Positions 55,275-63,758 of a stretch of 64,000 bases of DNA are shown here, in pieces. Each line of letters opens with the position of its first letter. Position 1 is the first letter of the stretch. The position numbers and the translations under genes are program-made. The DNA lies in the sequence record PV577657. One strand, 5' to 3'. This DNA comes from Escherichia phage vB_EcoS_MM-1. The notes beneath the pieces were generated by a model. The model searched no databases. It saw nothing but the letters and a program-made list of their open reading frames with translations, and was not told where the DNA came from.

Positions 55275-56939
55275 TTACGCGAAAAATTTACCGTTTTTAA
55301 AGTCAATCAAAGTGCGCTGACCGTTTGCATAGGTAATTAAATGCGTTTGCGTCCAGCTTGACGCGCCAACGTTGTAACCCATATCCAGACTACCAGCTAC
55401 GCCAGCGGTATAAACGCCACCGTAAATGCTAGCGGTATGGGTGTGTCCCGTGTTTAGCTTGCCCAATTTCTTAAACTGTTTAGGATTGCCACGACTGCCG
55501 TTAATGCCGTTGTGACCGTGTACGCCGCACTCAATGCCTGCAATCTTGAAAGATTGATCAGTGGTTAGGAAAATGGCGTTAAACTCACAACCTGCAACCT
55601 TGCGCAGCGCATAATCTAGCACGTTAAAAGTATCATCATGATCACTGATCGCCGCGTAAATTGCAGCATTCAGGCGGTGATATAGTTCGGCGTTGGCTGG
55701 ATCGTCTTTGATGTTAGCATTACGATCATCTAACCAGCGGGATAGCGCCAAATCGTGATTAGATTCAACAATGATTGTTTGAGAGAAATCACGTTCCATT
55801 GATTCCAGCACGCGCCCCGTATCGATAAGATCATCCAGAACTTTATCACGTCCAGCGGCATACTGTTTTGCTAGGAATACACCGGATGCACGGTTATGAT
55901 GATTGCGCGATGTAAAATCATGCACGTCATGGATAAACTGATATTTTGGTTTAAGAATATCAAGCAAGCTATTTTCGCCAGCCCATGACGCAACGGCACA
56001 ATCATCATCTAATTTTTCCGCATGAATATCGCCATACTGCAAGCCTAAAACATGCCCCGATGTTTCATAGCATCCGGCAGGAGTAGCGCAAACATTCAGA
56101 TCATAAAACACCCCGCTTTCGTCCATTGTTTCAAGCTGGCGAACAAAAAATTCCCCGTCCTCGTCGAACTCAACAATCAGCGCGCCGAAGTTATGCAGAG
56201 CTTCCGCTTTTTGTCCTGCTTTCTGCTGAATATAGTTTTTAAGCGTTGCCGTTCCGGTTGAATACATACGGCGCACTACTTCACCTTTTAAAGCTGGCAC
56301 GCTTTCAGCGGTGATTTTAGCGTGACCAATTGCCAGCCCCTCAATATTGAGCGCCGTTGCAGTTTCTGCAAATCCTGAAAGCGGGTAATCTGCGGTTGGC
56401 AAAACATTAATTTCAGCCATGAAAGCAAAACGGCGGTTATTTAAAAACACGTTTTTGCTGCAAATATATTTATCAAATGCGGGATCGTATTTGATACCGT
56501 CTGCACCTTCTTCATTCTGGAAGCCATTTTTATTATAAATATACTTAGAAACAAGCAAATCAGCACCGATATATTCAGCGAATTTTTCCAGACTTGCTAA
56601 AAAGTTTTTATGCGGGAAAGTATTATTTTGAATCGACGTAATAATAAAGCGTTTACCCTGTTTTACTTCCCATTGCTCAACCGTACTAGAAACAATTCCC
56701 GCCGCTTCTGGGCGCTCATCGTTTTTAATGGCTTTTGCTACTTTTGCCGCTTTCGGTTTAGCTGGTTTATTTGCTTCCAGCCAGTCGCAGATAGCGGTTG
56801 AATGCTTCGTTGTATCGTAGACCGCTTTTGATATATCGTCGCAGACTTCCAGTTTAGTAGCGCGCAGACGTTTACCATAGAAATTAAAGTCAGCGGCCAT
56901 TTTCAGGATAACGGTTTGTTTTTCTGCGGAAATAATCAT
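55275..56939 (-). CDS. A1: A1-like pre-early protein, metallophosphatase fold
   Basis: 554 aa (T5 A1 is 556); phosphoesterase motifs GDIHAE and GHTHTASI. Confidence 0.7.
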   Translation of the reverse strand: MIISAEKQTVILKMAADFNFYGKRLRATKLEVCDDISKAVYDTTKHSTAICDWLEANKPAKPKAAKVAKAIKNDERPEAAGIVSSTVEQWEVKQGKRFIITSIQNNTFPHKNFLASLEKFAEYIGADLLVSKYIYNKNGFQNEEGADGIKYDPAFDKYICSKNVFLNNRRFAFMAEINVLPTADYPLSGFAETATALNIEGLAIGHAKITAESVPALKGEVVRRMYSTGTATLKNYIQQKAGQKAEALHNFGALIVEFDEDGEFFVRQLETMDESGVFYDLNVCATPAGCYETSGHVLGLQYGDIHAEKLDDDCAVASWAGENSLLDILKPKYQFIHDVHDFTSRNHHNRASGVFLAKQYAAGRDKVLDDLIDTGRVLESMERDFSQTIIVESNHDLALSRWLDDRNANIKDDPANAELYHRLNAAIYAAISDHDDTFNVLDYALRKVAGCEFNAIFLTTDQSFKIAGIECGVHGHNGINGSRGNPKQFKKLGKLNTGHTHTASIYGGVYTAGVAGSLDMGYNVGASSWTQTHLITYANGQRTLIDFKNGKFFA

Positions 56940-57029
56940 AGTAATAAAACTCCATTAAAGGGATTAGATTAATAACGGCAATATTGCCAAATATAACGCC
57001 TCAAATAATAGGCGTTATAATTTGCAACA

Positions 57030-57227
57030 TTAATTTAAAGGCACTAGGCTAGAACTAACACCACAAGCAACGGCAGCGATAAAACAAAGCAAGCCCAAAC
57101 GTTTTGCTAATTTAGATTTACGTTTAAAATAATATGAATCTAAATCATTTTGAAAATAAGCGAACAATAACGAGGGCGCCATAATAAACAAGCCTAGAAT
57201 TAATGATTCAGTAGGATAAAAGATCAT
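57030..57227 (-). CDS. small hydrophobic protein
   Basis: ORF track; two hydrophobic segments. Confidence 0.4.
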   Translation of the reverse strand: MIFYPTESLILGLFIMAPSLLFAYFQNDLDSYYFKRKSKLAKRLGLLCFIAAVACGVSSSLVPLN

Positions 57228-57284
57228 TTTAAAAACTCCTGATTTAAGGGAAGAAAATAACTATCGCTAAACAGTTATATTATT

Positions 57285-57315
57285 GCCCCCTCACTAAAAA
57301 AAGGGGGGCAAGGTA
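57285..57315 (-). terminator. hairpin terminator after the A2-like gene
   Basis: GCCCCCT-cactaaaaaa-AGGGGGGC. Confidence 0.55.
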
Positions 57316-57321
57316 TAACTA

Positions 57322-57729
57322 TTATTCGCCTGCGGCTTGTTTTACTTCCTCGGCAACGCCTAACAATTGCGCTACTGCGTCCAGCGTTTCAAGTTTTGCA
57401 CTTTCAAGGCTTGCCAGATCATCGGCATCTTTGATAATGCCGGAATCGATAGCGTGTTTTGCAATAACGCGTACATAATGAGCTTTGCGGATTGAACTAC
57501 CGCCGCCAACTTTGCGGGGCTTACCGCTTTTTTGATATGCTTTTGCGCTGGTCAATTTTGACCGAACGGATACGGGAGAAGCCGCGCCTACTGCTTTTGC
57601 AATCTCTTTCAGGCCGTCGCTATTTGCGAAATCTAAACCGTTTTCATTAATTAACTGTTGATACATGGAAACAGCTTTCTGAGTGTTTTCTTCATTCCAT
57701 GCGAATTTTGCGGTTTTAGCGTTAGTCAT
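57322..57729 (-). CDS. A2: A2-like pre-early DNA-binding protein
   Basis: 135 aa, basic centre (KSGKPRKVGGGSSIRKAH), adjacent to A1-like gene. Confidence 0.55.
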   Translation of the reverse strand: MTNAKTAKFAWNEENTQKAVSMYQQLINENGLDFANSDGLKEIAKAVGAASPVSVRSKLTSAKAYQKSGKPRKVGGGSSIRKAHYVRVIAKHAIDSGIIKDADDLASLESAKLETLDAVAQLLGVAEEVKQAAGE

Positions 57730-57825
57730 GATGTAACTCCTATTAGTTTAATTTAAGGGATTAGATTAACTTAATGTTAATCGTTATATCCCCCTGAAAT
57801 AAGGGGATATAAAGTTAACACTAAT

Positions 57826-58077
57826 TTACAATACAGCTTCCCATTTTTCGTTGCGTTGAACAACCTTTACAACATCGCCGGATTTAACGCGAACGCTAAA
57901 AACGGGCTTGCCGTTGTTACTACGTTCATTTTCAGCGTATACCGCGTCGATTGTATCGAACGGCATAAGCGCCGCACCTTTAATACGTTCGGCCTTTCCG
58001 GTTAATTCATCCGTTTTAGTAACGAAAGGAATGAAGACGAATTGACCAACTTTCGGCGCGGTAATAACGTTTTGCAT
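57826..58077 (-). CDS. hypothetical pre-early protein
   Basis: ORF track; hairpin TATATCCCC-N9-GGGGATATA downstream. Confidence 0.5.
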   Translation of the reverse strand: MQNVITAPKVGQFVFIPFVTKTDELTGKAERIKGAALMPFDTIDAVYAENERSNNGKPVFSVRVKSGDVVKVVQRNEKWEAVL

Positions 58078-58307
58078 AATATAAACTCCTAGTTATTTGG
58101 GGATTGTTCCGCATTACCTGCTAGAAAGTAACAGCAGGTAATAAGTAACAATCCGCTCGCCAATATAATCAATTTTAAAGAACTCCACGTAGGCCGCTAT
58201 ATCCCGTTAGGGGGCGGGATGCATTATGGTAAGCACCGACCGTCAAATTTTATCAAGTTATCGCTCTTATCGAACTGGGTACATCTTAAAACCTATCGGC
58301 TAGGTTG

Positions 58308-58511
58308 TCAAACAATTTTTTGCAATTTTTTATGATTTTCTTTTAGGTCAATCATAATATTTCGCCAGATCATTTCCAGACCTTGCTGGCGACCTTTCTT
58401 GTACTGCGTGAATCTATATCTTACTGATCTTTGAGCTACTGTCAACAAATTTTTTGTTTTGCTATCTAGTGCCTTAATAGGCTTGCCAGTGATCAAAAGC
58501 GTTTGTTTCAT
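58308..58511 (-). CDS. small basic protein
   Basis: RBS AAGGAA on the minus strand before ATG. Confidence 0.45.
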   Translation of the reverse strand: MKQTLLITGKPIKALDSKTKNLLTVAQRSVRYRFTQYKKGRQQGLEMIWRNIMIDLKENHKKLQKIV

Positions 58512-58956
58512 ATCGTCGATTCCTTATAATGAATAAGTTTACCGCCGATAGGCTTTAAGATGTACCCAATTTTTAAAGAGCGTGGCGGTAAACTTCCCGC
58601 CGTGTAGTTCGTCATTGCCGCCCTACGAGATAAATAATAGGGGATTCCCGAAAATGGCGCAACCTTATTTTTGTAAAGAAATGTAAAGGTAAAACTCACC
58701 GGACACCGTGCGGCGACGGCCTAAAATTAAAAGAAACGGGCGCGCGAATACCACAAAATAAAGCAAATAGGCAAGTAATTTTTTCATTTATATTTGCTTT
58801 GCCCTACTTGACAAAATCTAAAAAGCTCGTGGTAACGATAAACGGCTTATCCCCTTATGATGGGATGGCTAAAAACTTTATTGCGTTCTGGAGCGTTTTA
58901 GGCGCATTCTAGCCTTGTTGATAACTTATCCCCAAAAGCAAAAATGAAATTTTCCT

Positions 58957-58993
58957 AGTTATCCACTTGACTTTTATTTTCCAGTGGATAACT
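58957..58993. promoter_or_regulatory. inverted pair of DnaA-box-like sites
   Basis: AGTTATCCACT ... AGTGGATAACT flanking TGACTTTTATTTTCC. Confidence 0.5.
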
Positions 58994-59255
58994 ACTTATT
59001 TTATGAAATAAATTAATTGACTTTTATTTGTTAGTATGCATCGGAAAGATAGCAGACTAATAATTGCTAGAATGATAATCATGCTGGTGGATTGTAACGA
59101 CCTGAATTATTAGCAGACTATTAATCACGGAAAAATCTCATTAGCCAACTAACTATTTCATGATATATAATATACATATAAATTAATGAGAAATAATAAC
59201 TATAAGAAATCATCTAGCTAAGTGAGAACCACTATCATTTAAGTTATACACAAAG

Positions 59256-59264
59256 TTATCCACA
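59256..59264 (+). promoter_or_regulatory. consensus DnaA box
   Basis: TTATCCACA exact 9-mer. Confidence 0.5.
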
Positions 59265-59333
59265 GCACTTTTTGACTTGACACGATAGGCGGCGATATAA
59301 GGACTTTTACACAGACTTATCTACAGGTTATTC

Positions 59334-59353
59334 CACTGTATAAATATACAGGG
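59334..59353. promoter_or_regulatory. LexA (SOS) box-like palindrome
   Basis: cACTGTATAAATATACAGgg = CTGT-N8-ACAG with AT-rich core. Confidence 0.55.
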
Positions 59354-59618
59354 TAAAAAGGTAGTGTTAACAACTGCAATCAATTTTAAGCGGCTTAAAT
59401 CGCATTCTAACGAGCTAAACGCTGCGGGGTAATATTAAAGTAAAGCCTTAATGCGTCGCCCTGGTGGCTTCGCCGTGGTTTGCTCTTTATTGCACCGCTG
59501 CGCGGTTAGCATAAAAATAGGCGCTAGGCAAGGAAAATAAAAAGGTAAAATAATATTTGCCTATGCTAGAAATTTACCTTTATCATTCACTCACCGATTA
59601 ACGAGGGAGGCCGAACAA

Positions 59619-60398
59619 ATGAGGCTTTATAAACCTGATAATGCCACCGTTTTAAAAGGTGCATTGCGCAACCTGCTGGATGGTAGCAAGTCAACCAGCA
59701 TTAAACATTTTATTAACAAGATTGAAACTATTCATCAAAACTTTTTTGATGATTATGACGCTTATGATATGGATAGTTTTCTACCCTTATATAGACAAGG
59801 GGCAACGCTAGTTTTATATAATCGGGATTGCCATATCTTTACAGGCAGGGGAGCGGGGCCGGATACCGATTTTATTGTTGCGCAGGGTAATAATATTGTT
59901 GCGTATCATAGCAATTCAGGCCGTCAATCATTTAATATAAATAGTTTTGAGCTTATTGGACTTGATCTGATAAATGGACTTTCTAGCATTGAGGGATTTT
60001 TAGATGTTATCTGGAAGTATTTACCCGCTGGATGGCATAAGCCGGATAACGACGGATCTCAATATACCGGTATAATGGCTTTTGATGGCGACGGTAATTT
60101 TTTGTTACCACGGGAGCTATACCCATATATTTATGATGGGGATATAGAAAGCGCTGGTTTTTCTTTCTGGAAAGATGAAGATCAGATTATTGACAGCGTA
60201 GAAAACCATGCTGTAAATTCTAACACTCAAAGCGTTAACACTCAAACTACTGAAAACAAAGGAAAAAACACTATGACCAAGATTGCTAACATCGTTGCCG
60301 CTAATAAATCCGCCGTTGTAAATGCTGCAAAACTGGAAGCGGGTAAAATTGCACTGACTCAAATCACGAAAGTAGCGGCTAAAAAGCACCGTTCATGA
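59619..60398 (+). CDS. hypothetical protein
   Basis: Strong RBS GAGGGAGG; 259 aa. Confidence 0.6.
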   Translation: MRLYKPDNATVLKGALRNLLDGSKSTSIKHFINKIETIHQNFFDDYDAYDMDSFLPLYRQGATLVLYNRDCHIFTGRGAGPDTDFIVAQGNNIVAYHSNSGRQSFNINSFELIGLDLINGLSSIEGFLDVIWKYLPAGWHKPDNDGSQYTGIMAFDGDGNFLLPRELYPYIYDGDIESAGFSFWKDEDQIIDSVENHAVNSNTQSVNTQTTENKGKNTMTKIANIVAANKSAVVNAAKLEAGKIALTQITKVAAKKHRS

Positions 60399-60628
60399 TT
60401 AAAGGCTATATTGATACGCCGATTGGTCGAGTAGTGATTGCTAACCTGCTAAGTGTAGCGGTTGACCAGTACGCACCGACTAACCAGAAAGCGAAAGCGG
60501 TAGCAGGGGCGGCTATGGAAGCGGCAATGCTGGAAATGGTGCAAAGTTTTAACATCGCTGAAATGATTGATGAAATGGTGAAAGGTATTGATATTTCTAC
60601 TTTTACCACTAGCACCGAAATCGAGTAA
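60395..60628 (+). CDS. hypothetical protein
   Basis: ATGA overlap with previous gene; terminator hairpin AGTGGGGA-ttatt-TCCCCACT after stop. Confidence 0.5.
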   Translation: MIKGYIDTPIGRVVIANLLSVAVDQYAPTNQKAKAVAGAAMEAAMLEMVQSFNIAEMIDEMVKGIDISTFTTSTEIE

Positions 60629-60693
60629 TAATATTTAGTGGGGATTATTTCCCCACTTTACTACTCCCTTGTTAATTAATAGGAGGCTAACTA

Positions 60694-61188
60694 ATGGCTG
60701 AGGAAAAATACGGCTTCTCGCTAGGAGAAGTGAGCACGGCTAAACATGATATGATCATTTTAGTCGATTGTCATACTGGCTATTGCGGAGAAGGGAACAC
60801 CGAAGAATACTTTGTTCCTGCTGGTACGGATCTGGACGCTTTCGCTCATGAAATGGCTATTGATAATGCTTCTCGTTTTGGTAGCGATGGCTATGAAGAC
60901 GAAGAAACTGGCGAATGGTATGAAAATGAAAACGTATATGCAAGCCTTTATCATTATCAGCTAAGTAAATCCGGCACATATGTAAACGGCGGCGATCCTA
61001 TTAATTCCGTCATGAAATTAATTATTAAATATGGTGGCGTCGAGATAATTGATAACAAAGCGGTAATATACGCAAACCGATTAAAACAGCTTGTTTATAT
61101 TCCTGATAGTACCCGATGGGATGAATACGCTGTTTTGCATGACGAATTGAAACGATGTTTCAATATTGAATCCCTGCAAGTAGTCTAA
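60694..61188 (+). CDS. hypothetical acidic protein
   Basis: Strong RBS AGGAGG; 164 aa. Confidence 0.6.
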   Translation: MAEEKYGFSLGEVSTAKHDMIILVDCHTGYCGEGNTEEYFVPAGTDLDAFAHEMAIDNASRFGSDGYEDEETGEWYENENVYASLYHYQLSKSGTYVNGGDPINSVMKLIIKYGGVEIIDNKAVIYANRLKQLVYIPDSTRWDEYAVLHDELKRCFNIESLQVV

Positions 61189-61293
61189 TGTAAAGTTTTG
61201 TAAAGGTCGCCTTTTATGGTGGCCTTTTTTGTTATAATGCTTTTACACCAAAACGGTGGATTGAAAATTTTCCCAAAAATTTGGAGGCTTAAA

Positions 61294-61524
61294 ATGGTTG
61301 CTTATTCTTCTGCTAGTCATCTGTTTACCGCGCAAGGCTGGGTATCTAATCGTGCTGTCATCTATGAAATGGTGCAGGAGTTCGGCATTGCTAAAACTTA
61401 TAATACCATTCAGGAACTATATAACGCCGATAAAATCGATCAGCAAACGGCTGGCTTTTTACTGGATACCCTGAAAGCTGAACATTGCACTAAAAAACAA
61501 GCCGCTAAAATTGTTTTAATGTAA
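61294..61524 (+). CDS. hypothetical protein
   Basis: ATG 61294 with GGAGG RBS (track start 61216); terminator CGGGGCG-ttacttt-CGCCCCG downstream. Confidence 0.5.
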   Translation: MVAYSSASHLFTAQGWVSNRAVIYEMVQEFGIAKTYNTIQELYNADKIDQQTAGFLLDTLKAEHCTKKQAAKIVLM

Positions 61525-61573
61525 TTAATAACGGGGCGTTACTTTCGCCCCGATAACTAGGAGGCTATCACAA

Positions 61574-61723
61574 ATGGTTATTTTTCGATCTATTTTAGCG
61601 GGTATCTTGGGCGCTATTTTATCGTTATTTGCGATAGCTTTCGGCGTTCACGCTGTTATTATTGGCGCTGGCATTGCTGCGTTTTCTTATCTGCTGGGCT
61701 GCATGACTAGTAAAGGAGAATAA
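61574..61723 (+). CDS. small two-helix hydrophobic protein (49 aa)
   Basis: RBS AGGAGG; Gly/Ala-rich TM segments; below ORF-track length cutoff. Confidence 0.45.
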   Translation: MVIFRSILAGILGAILSLFAIAFGVHAVIIGAGIAAFSYLLGCMTSKGE

Positions 61724-61725
61724 AA

Positions 61726-61938
61726 ATGATCCGCAACGTTTCCCTTGCACGTTCGAAAGGCTTTAAGCTGGTGGATGTTAACACGTTCGAGTGGGAAGAT
61801 TGTAAAATCGAATATGTAGCACGTAACAAAAATGCCTTTCGTGTTACCGAGAAAAAATTTGATAAGCGCGGCAACGTGATAGCTGAAACAGTTAAACATT
61901 TTGCCACCTTTTACGCTGCTTTCCGTGGGGTATTATGA
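61726..61938 (+). CDS. hypothetical protein
   Basis: RBS AAAGGAGAA. Confidence 0.5.
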   Translation: MIRNVSLARSKGFKLVDVNTFEWEDCKIEYVARNKNAFRVTEKKFDKRGNVIAETVKHFATFYAAFRGVL

Positions 61939-62057
61939 TTCAGCAAATTAAAACGGCTTTTCGTTTTTGGGGCGTCCTGCCTTCAATTGGTTTTATTCTG
62001 ATAATTATTAGTCAGCTAATGATCATCGGCGGAACTATTTGGGAGCTATGCAAATGA
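61935..62057 (+). CDS. small hydrophobic protein (40 aa)
   Basis: ATGA overlaps at both ends. Confidence 0.35.
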   Translation: MIQQIKTAFRFWGVLPSIGFILIIISQLMIIGGTIWELCK

Positions 62058-62398
62058 TAATTTATGAAGGCAATCGCTTTGTTGCTAATTGCCGTCCGGC
62101 ATTATTAGCAAACTATTTAAACCAGCTTTCCCCAGCTTATAAGGGCGTTATTAATATTTATGAGGGAAAGGCGCATTATAAAATTAATGCGGTCGTTGCC
62201 CGTGAACTAGCATTTCAATTTTTGACCTTTGCATCTTGTGACGTTCAGGTTATGGGTGAGGCATTAATCGCGGAAAATGAAGAGGATTTTATTAATATTT
62301 TCCGTAAGGTATGCACTGAGCGCTTGATAATGAAAGGCGCGTATATTCAATCAACTGCGGAAAGTATTGAAACAGCATTTCGAAAGGTGGCGCAATGA
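62054..62398 (+). CDS. hypothetical protein
   Basis: ATG 62054 (track start TTG 62039); 114 aa. Confidence 0.5.
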   Translation: MIIYEGNRFVANCRPALLANYLNQLSPAYKGVINIYEGKAHYKINAVVARELAFQFLTFASCDVQVMGEALIAENEEDFINIFRKVCTERLIMKGAYIQSTAESIETAFRKVAQ

Positions 62399-62498
62399 GA
62401 TTATATATTTTCGTTGGTAATGTTAAGGCAGCTAATGATTCCGCTGGTGGCGACAACGTTCGCCACCATTGGCAAAAATATATTTACTAGGAGTTATT

Positions 62499-62606
62499 AT
62501 GTCTGGTTTAATGTTTACCTTATTAGTAGTTTATAGCATAATTACGGCAGGAATAGTAACTTATGTTACTAGTAAAATTTGGCCGGGAATATATGGTAAT
62601 TTTTAA
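62499..62606 (+). CDS. small hydrophobic protein (35 aa)
   Basis: RBS AGGAG; single TM helix. Confidence 0.35.
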   Translation: MSGLMFTLLVVYSIITAGIVTYVTSKIWPGIYGNF

Positions 62607-62621
62607 TAACGGAGCGTTATT

Positions 62622-62825
62622 ATGAGCAATAAAATTATTGTAACCAAAATCAGTACAATGGTTGATGTTTTTTACGTGCCAGATACGCCGGAGAATCGGC
62701 AAGCGGTCGAGCGGGGCGAATATGATAAAGTGATTTATGATCACGATGGTTATTATCAGTATTTGGTGGATTCCTACGGGGAGGAGGAGAAGATCACGCA
62801 TCGACTACCGGAGGAGGGTTTATGA
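62622..62825 (+). CDS. hypothetical acidic protein
   Basis: RBS ACGGAG; 67 aa. Confidence 0.5.
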   Translation: MSNKIIVTKISTMVDVFYVPDTPENRQAVERGEYDKVIYDHDGYYQYLVDSYGEEEKITHRLPEEGL

Positions 62826-62980
62826 AACGATGGTTTAATCACTGGTACAAGCGGTTTTTAGTACGCCGTCGCAAGTCTAGGCATCAAGATGAGTGGCGGG
62901 AGTGGGCAAAGCGTAACGGTTGCCCGCTACTATAATAATCACGGGGCGCAACTATCGGGAAGTGCCCCCAATTCTCAAAT

Positions 62981-63001
62981 GAGAATCATTCTCATTTGAC
63001 C
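62981..63001. repeat. perfect 21-bp palindrome
   Basis: AAATGAGAAT-C-ATTCTCATTT; partial copies recur at the ends of the 67-bp repeats. Confidence 0.8.
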
Positions 63002-63192
63002 GCGCCCGCGATGGTTAGCCTGCTAATGATTAGGGTGTTACGTGTCGCCTTGTGTGATCGTTAGCGAGCTAACTAATTTTCAAGCCTCCTCCAATTTTGC
63101 CCTTGTTTTAGTATCTCCACCAAAATTAAACGCGTTAGAATGCGATCTAGGACGTTTTAACGCTATATTAGAATTATTCACTGCGTAGGAAT

Positions 63193-63212
63193 ACTGTATA
63201 TTTATACAGTAG
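63193..63212. promoter_or_regulatory. LexA (SOS) box-like palindrome
   Basis: TACTGTATATTTATACAGTA. Confidence 0.6.
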
Positions 63213-63219
63213 GATAAGC

Positions 63220-63302
63220 TGTGGATAAGTCTGTTAATAACACCCCAAAATGGCTAGGATTCTGTCAAGTCAAATCGTGCTGTTAATAAGTCTGTGGATA
63301 AC
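63220..63302. promoter_or_regulatory. two consensus DnaA boxes within an inverted motif pair
   Basis: TGTGGATAA at 63220-63228 and 63294-63302, each linked to GTCTGTTAATAA. Confidence 0.5.
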
Positions 63303-63317
63303 TTAAATAATAGTGTT

Positions 63318-63488
63318 TCTCACTTCCGTTCTTAAATACGAATCACTATCATTTGCGTTCCACTTTCTAAATGAGAATCATTCTGCTTTTTAAAGGAGAA
63401 TCGTTTCACTTCCTGAATAATTCTCACTTCCATTCTTAAATGCGAATTATTATCATTCTCATTCCGCTTTTTAAATGAGAATCATTCT
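63318..63488. repeat. two about 67-bp direct repeats, each ending in the AAATGAGAATCATTCT half-palindrome
   Basis: Units at 63318-63384 and 63422-63488 are near-identical. Confidence 0.75.
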
Positions 63489-63511
63489 CATTATCATTCG
63501 CATTCAGGCGA

Positions 63512-63529
63512 GCAGGGCAATTGCCCTGC
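63512..63529. repeat. perfect 18-bp palindrome
   Basis: GCAGGGCAA-TTGCCCTGC. Confidence 0.7.
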
Positions 63530-63535
63530 GCTTTT

Positions 63536-63758
63536 GTGCAAATCCGACATTGCTCCACGGGTGTTACGTGCGGGCGTGTATGTGCGAATCCGACAATTTT
63601 TGGTAGTGTGCAAATCCGACCCGAAAAATTTTTATAGTGTGCAAATCCGACAATGAATTTTCCTAAAAACTCCAGCAATCACGAACTGCGTTCGAATCCT
63701 GTGGGGTATGTGCAAATCCGACACGGTTTTTCTAGGATTAAGATGTGCGAATCCGACA
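63536..63758 (+). repeat. array of six direct copies of GTGC(A/G)AATCCGAC(A), irregularly spaced, each followed by a T-rich tract
   Basis: Copies at 63536, 63582, 63608, 63638, 63710 and 63745. Confidence 0.8.

Noticed and set aside
58508-58699. 63-aa minus-strand ORF upstream of the small basic gene
   Set aside because: No convincing RBS and it lies in the promoter-rich intergenic region; probably noncoding.
62523-62801. 92-aa minus-strand ORF
   Set aside because: Overlaps plus-strand genes that have strong RBSs (62499 and 62622); no RBS of its own.
63536-63758. Possible CRISPR array (GTGCAAATCCGACA repeats)
   Set aside because: Repeat is only 14 nt, spacing is irregular (26-72 bp), copies are imperfect, and no cas genes are nearby; better explained as a reiterated binding-site array.
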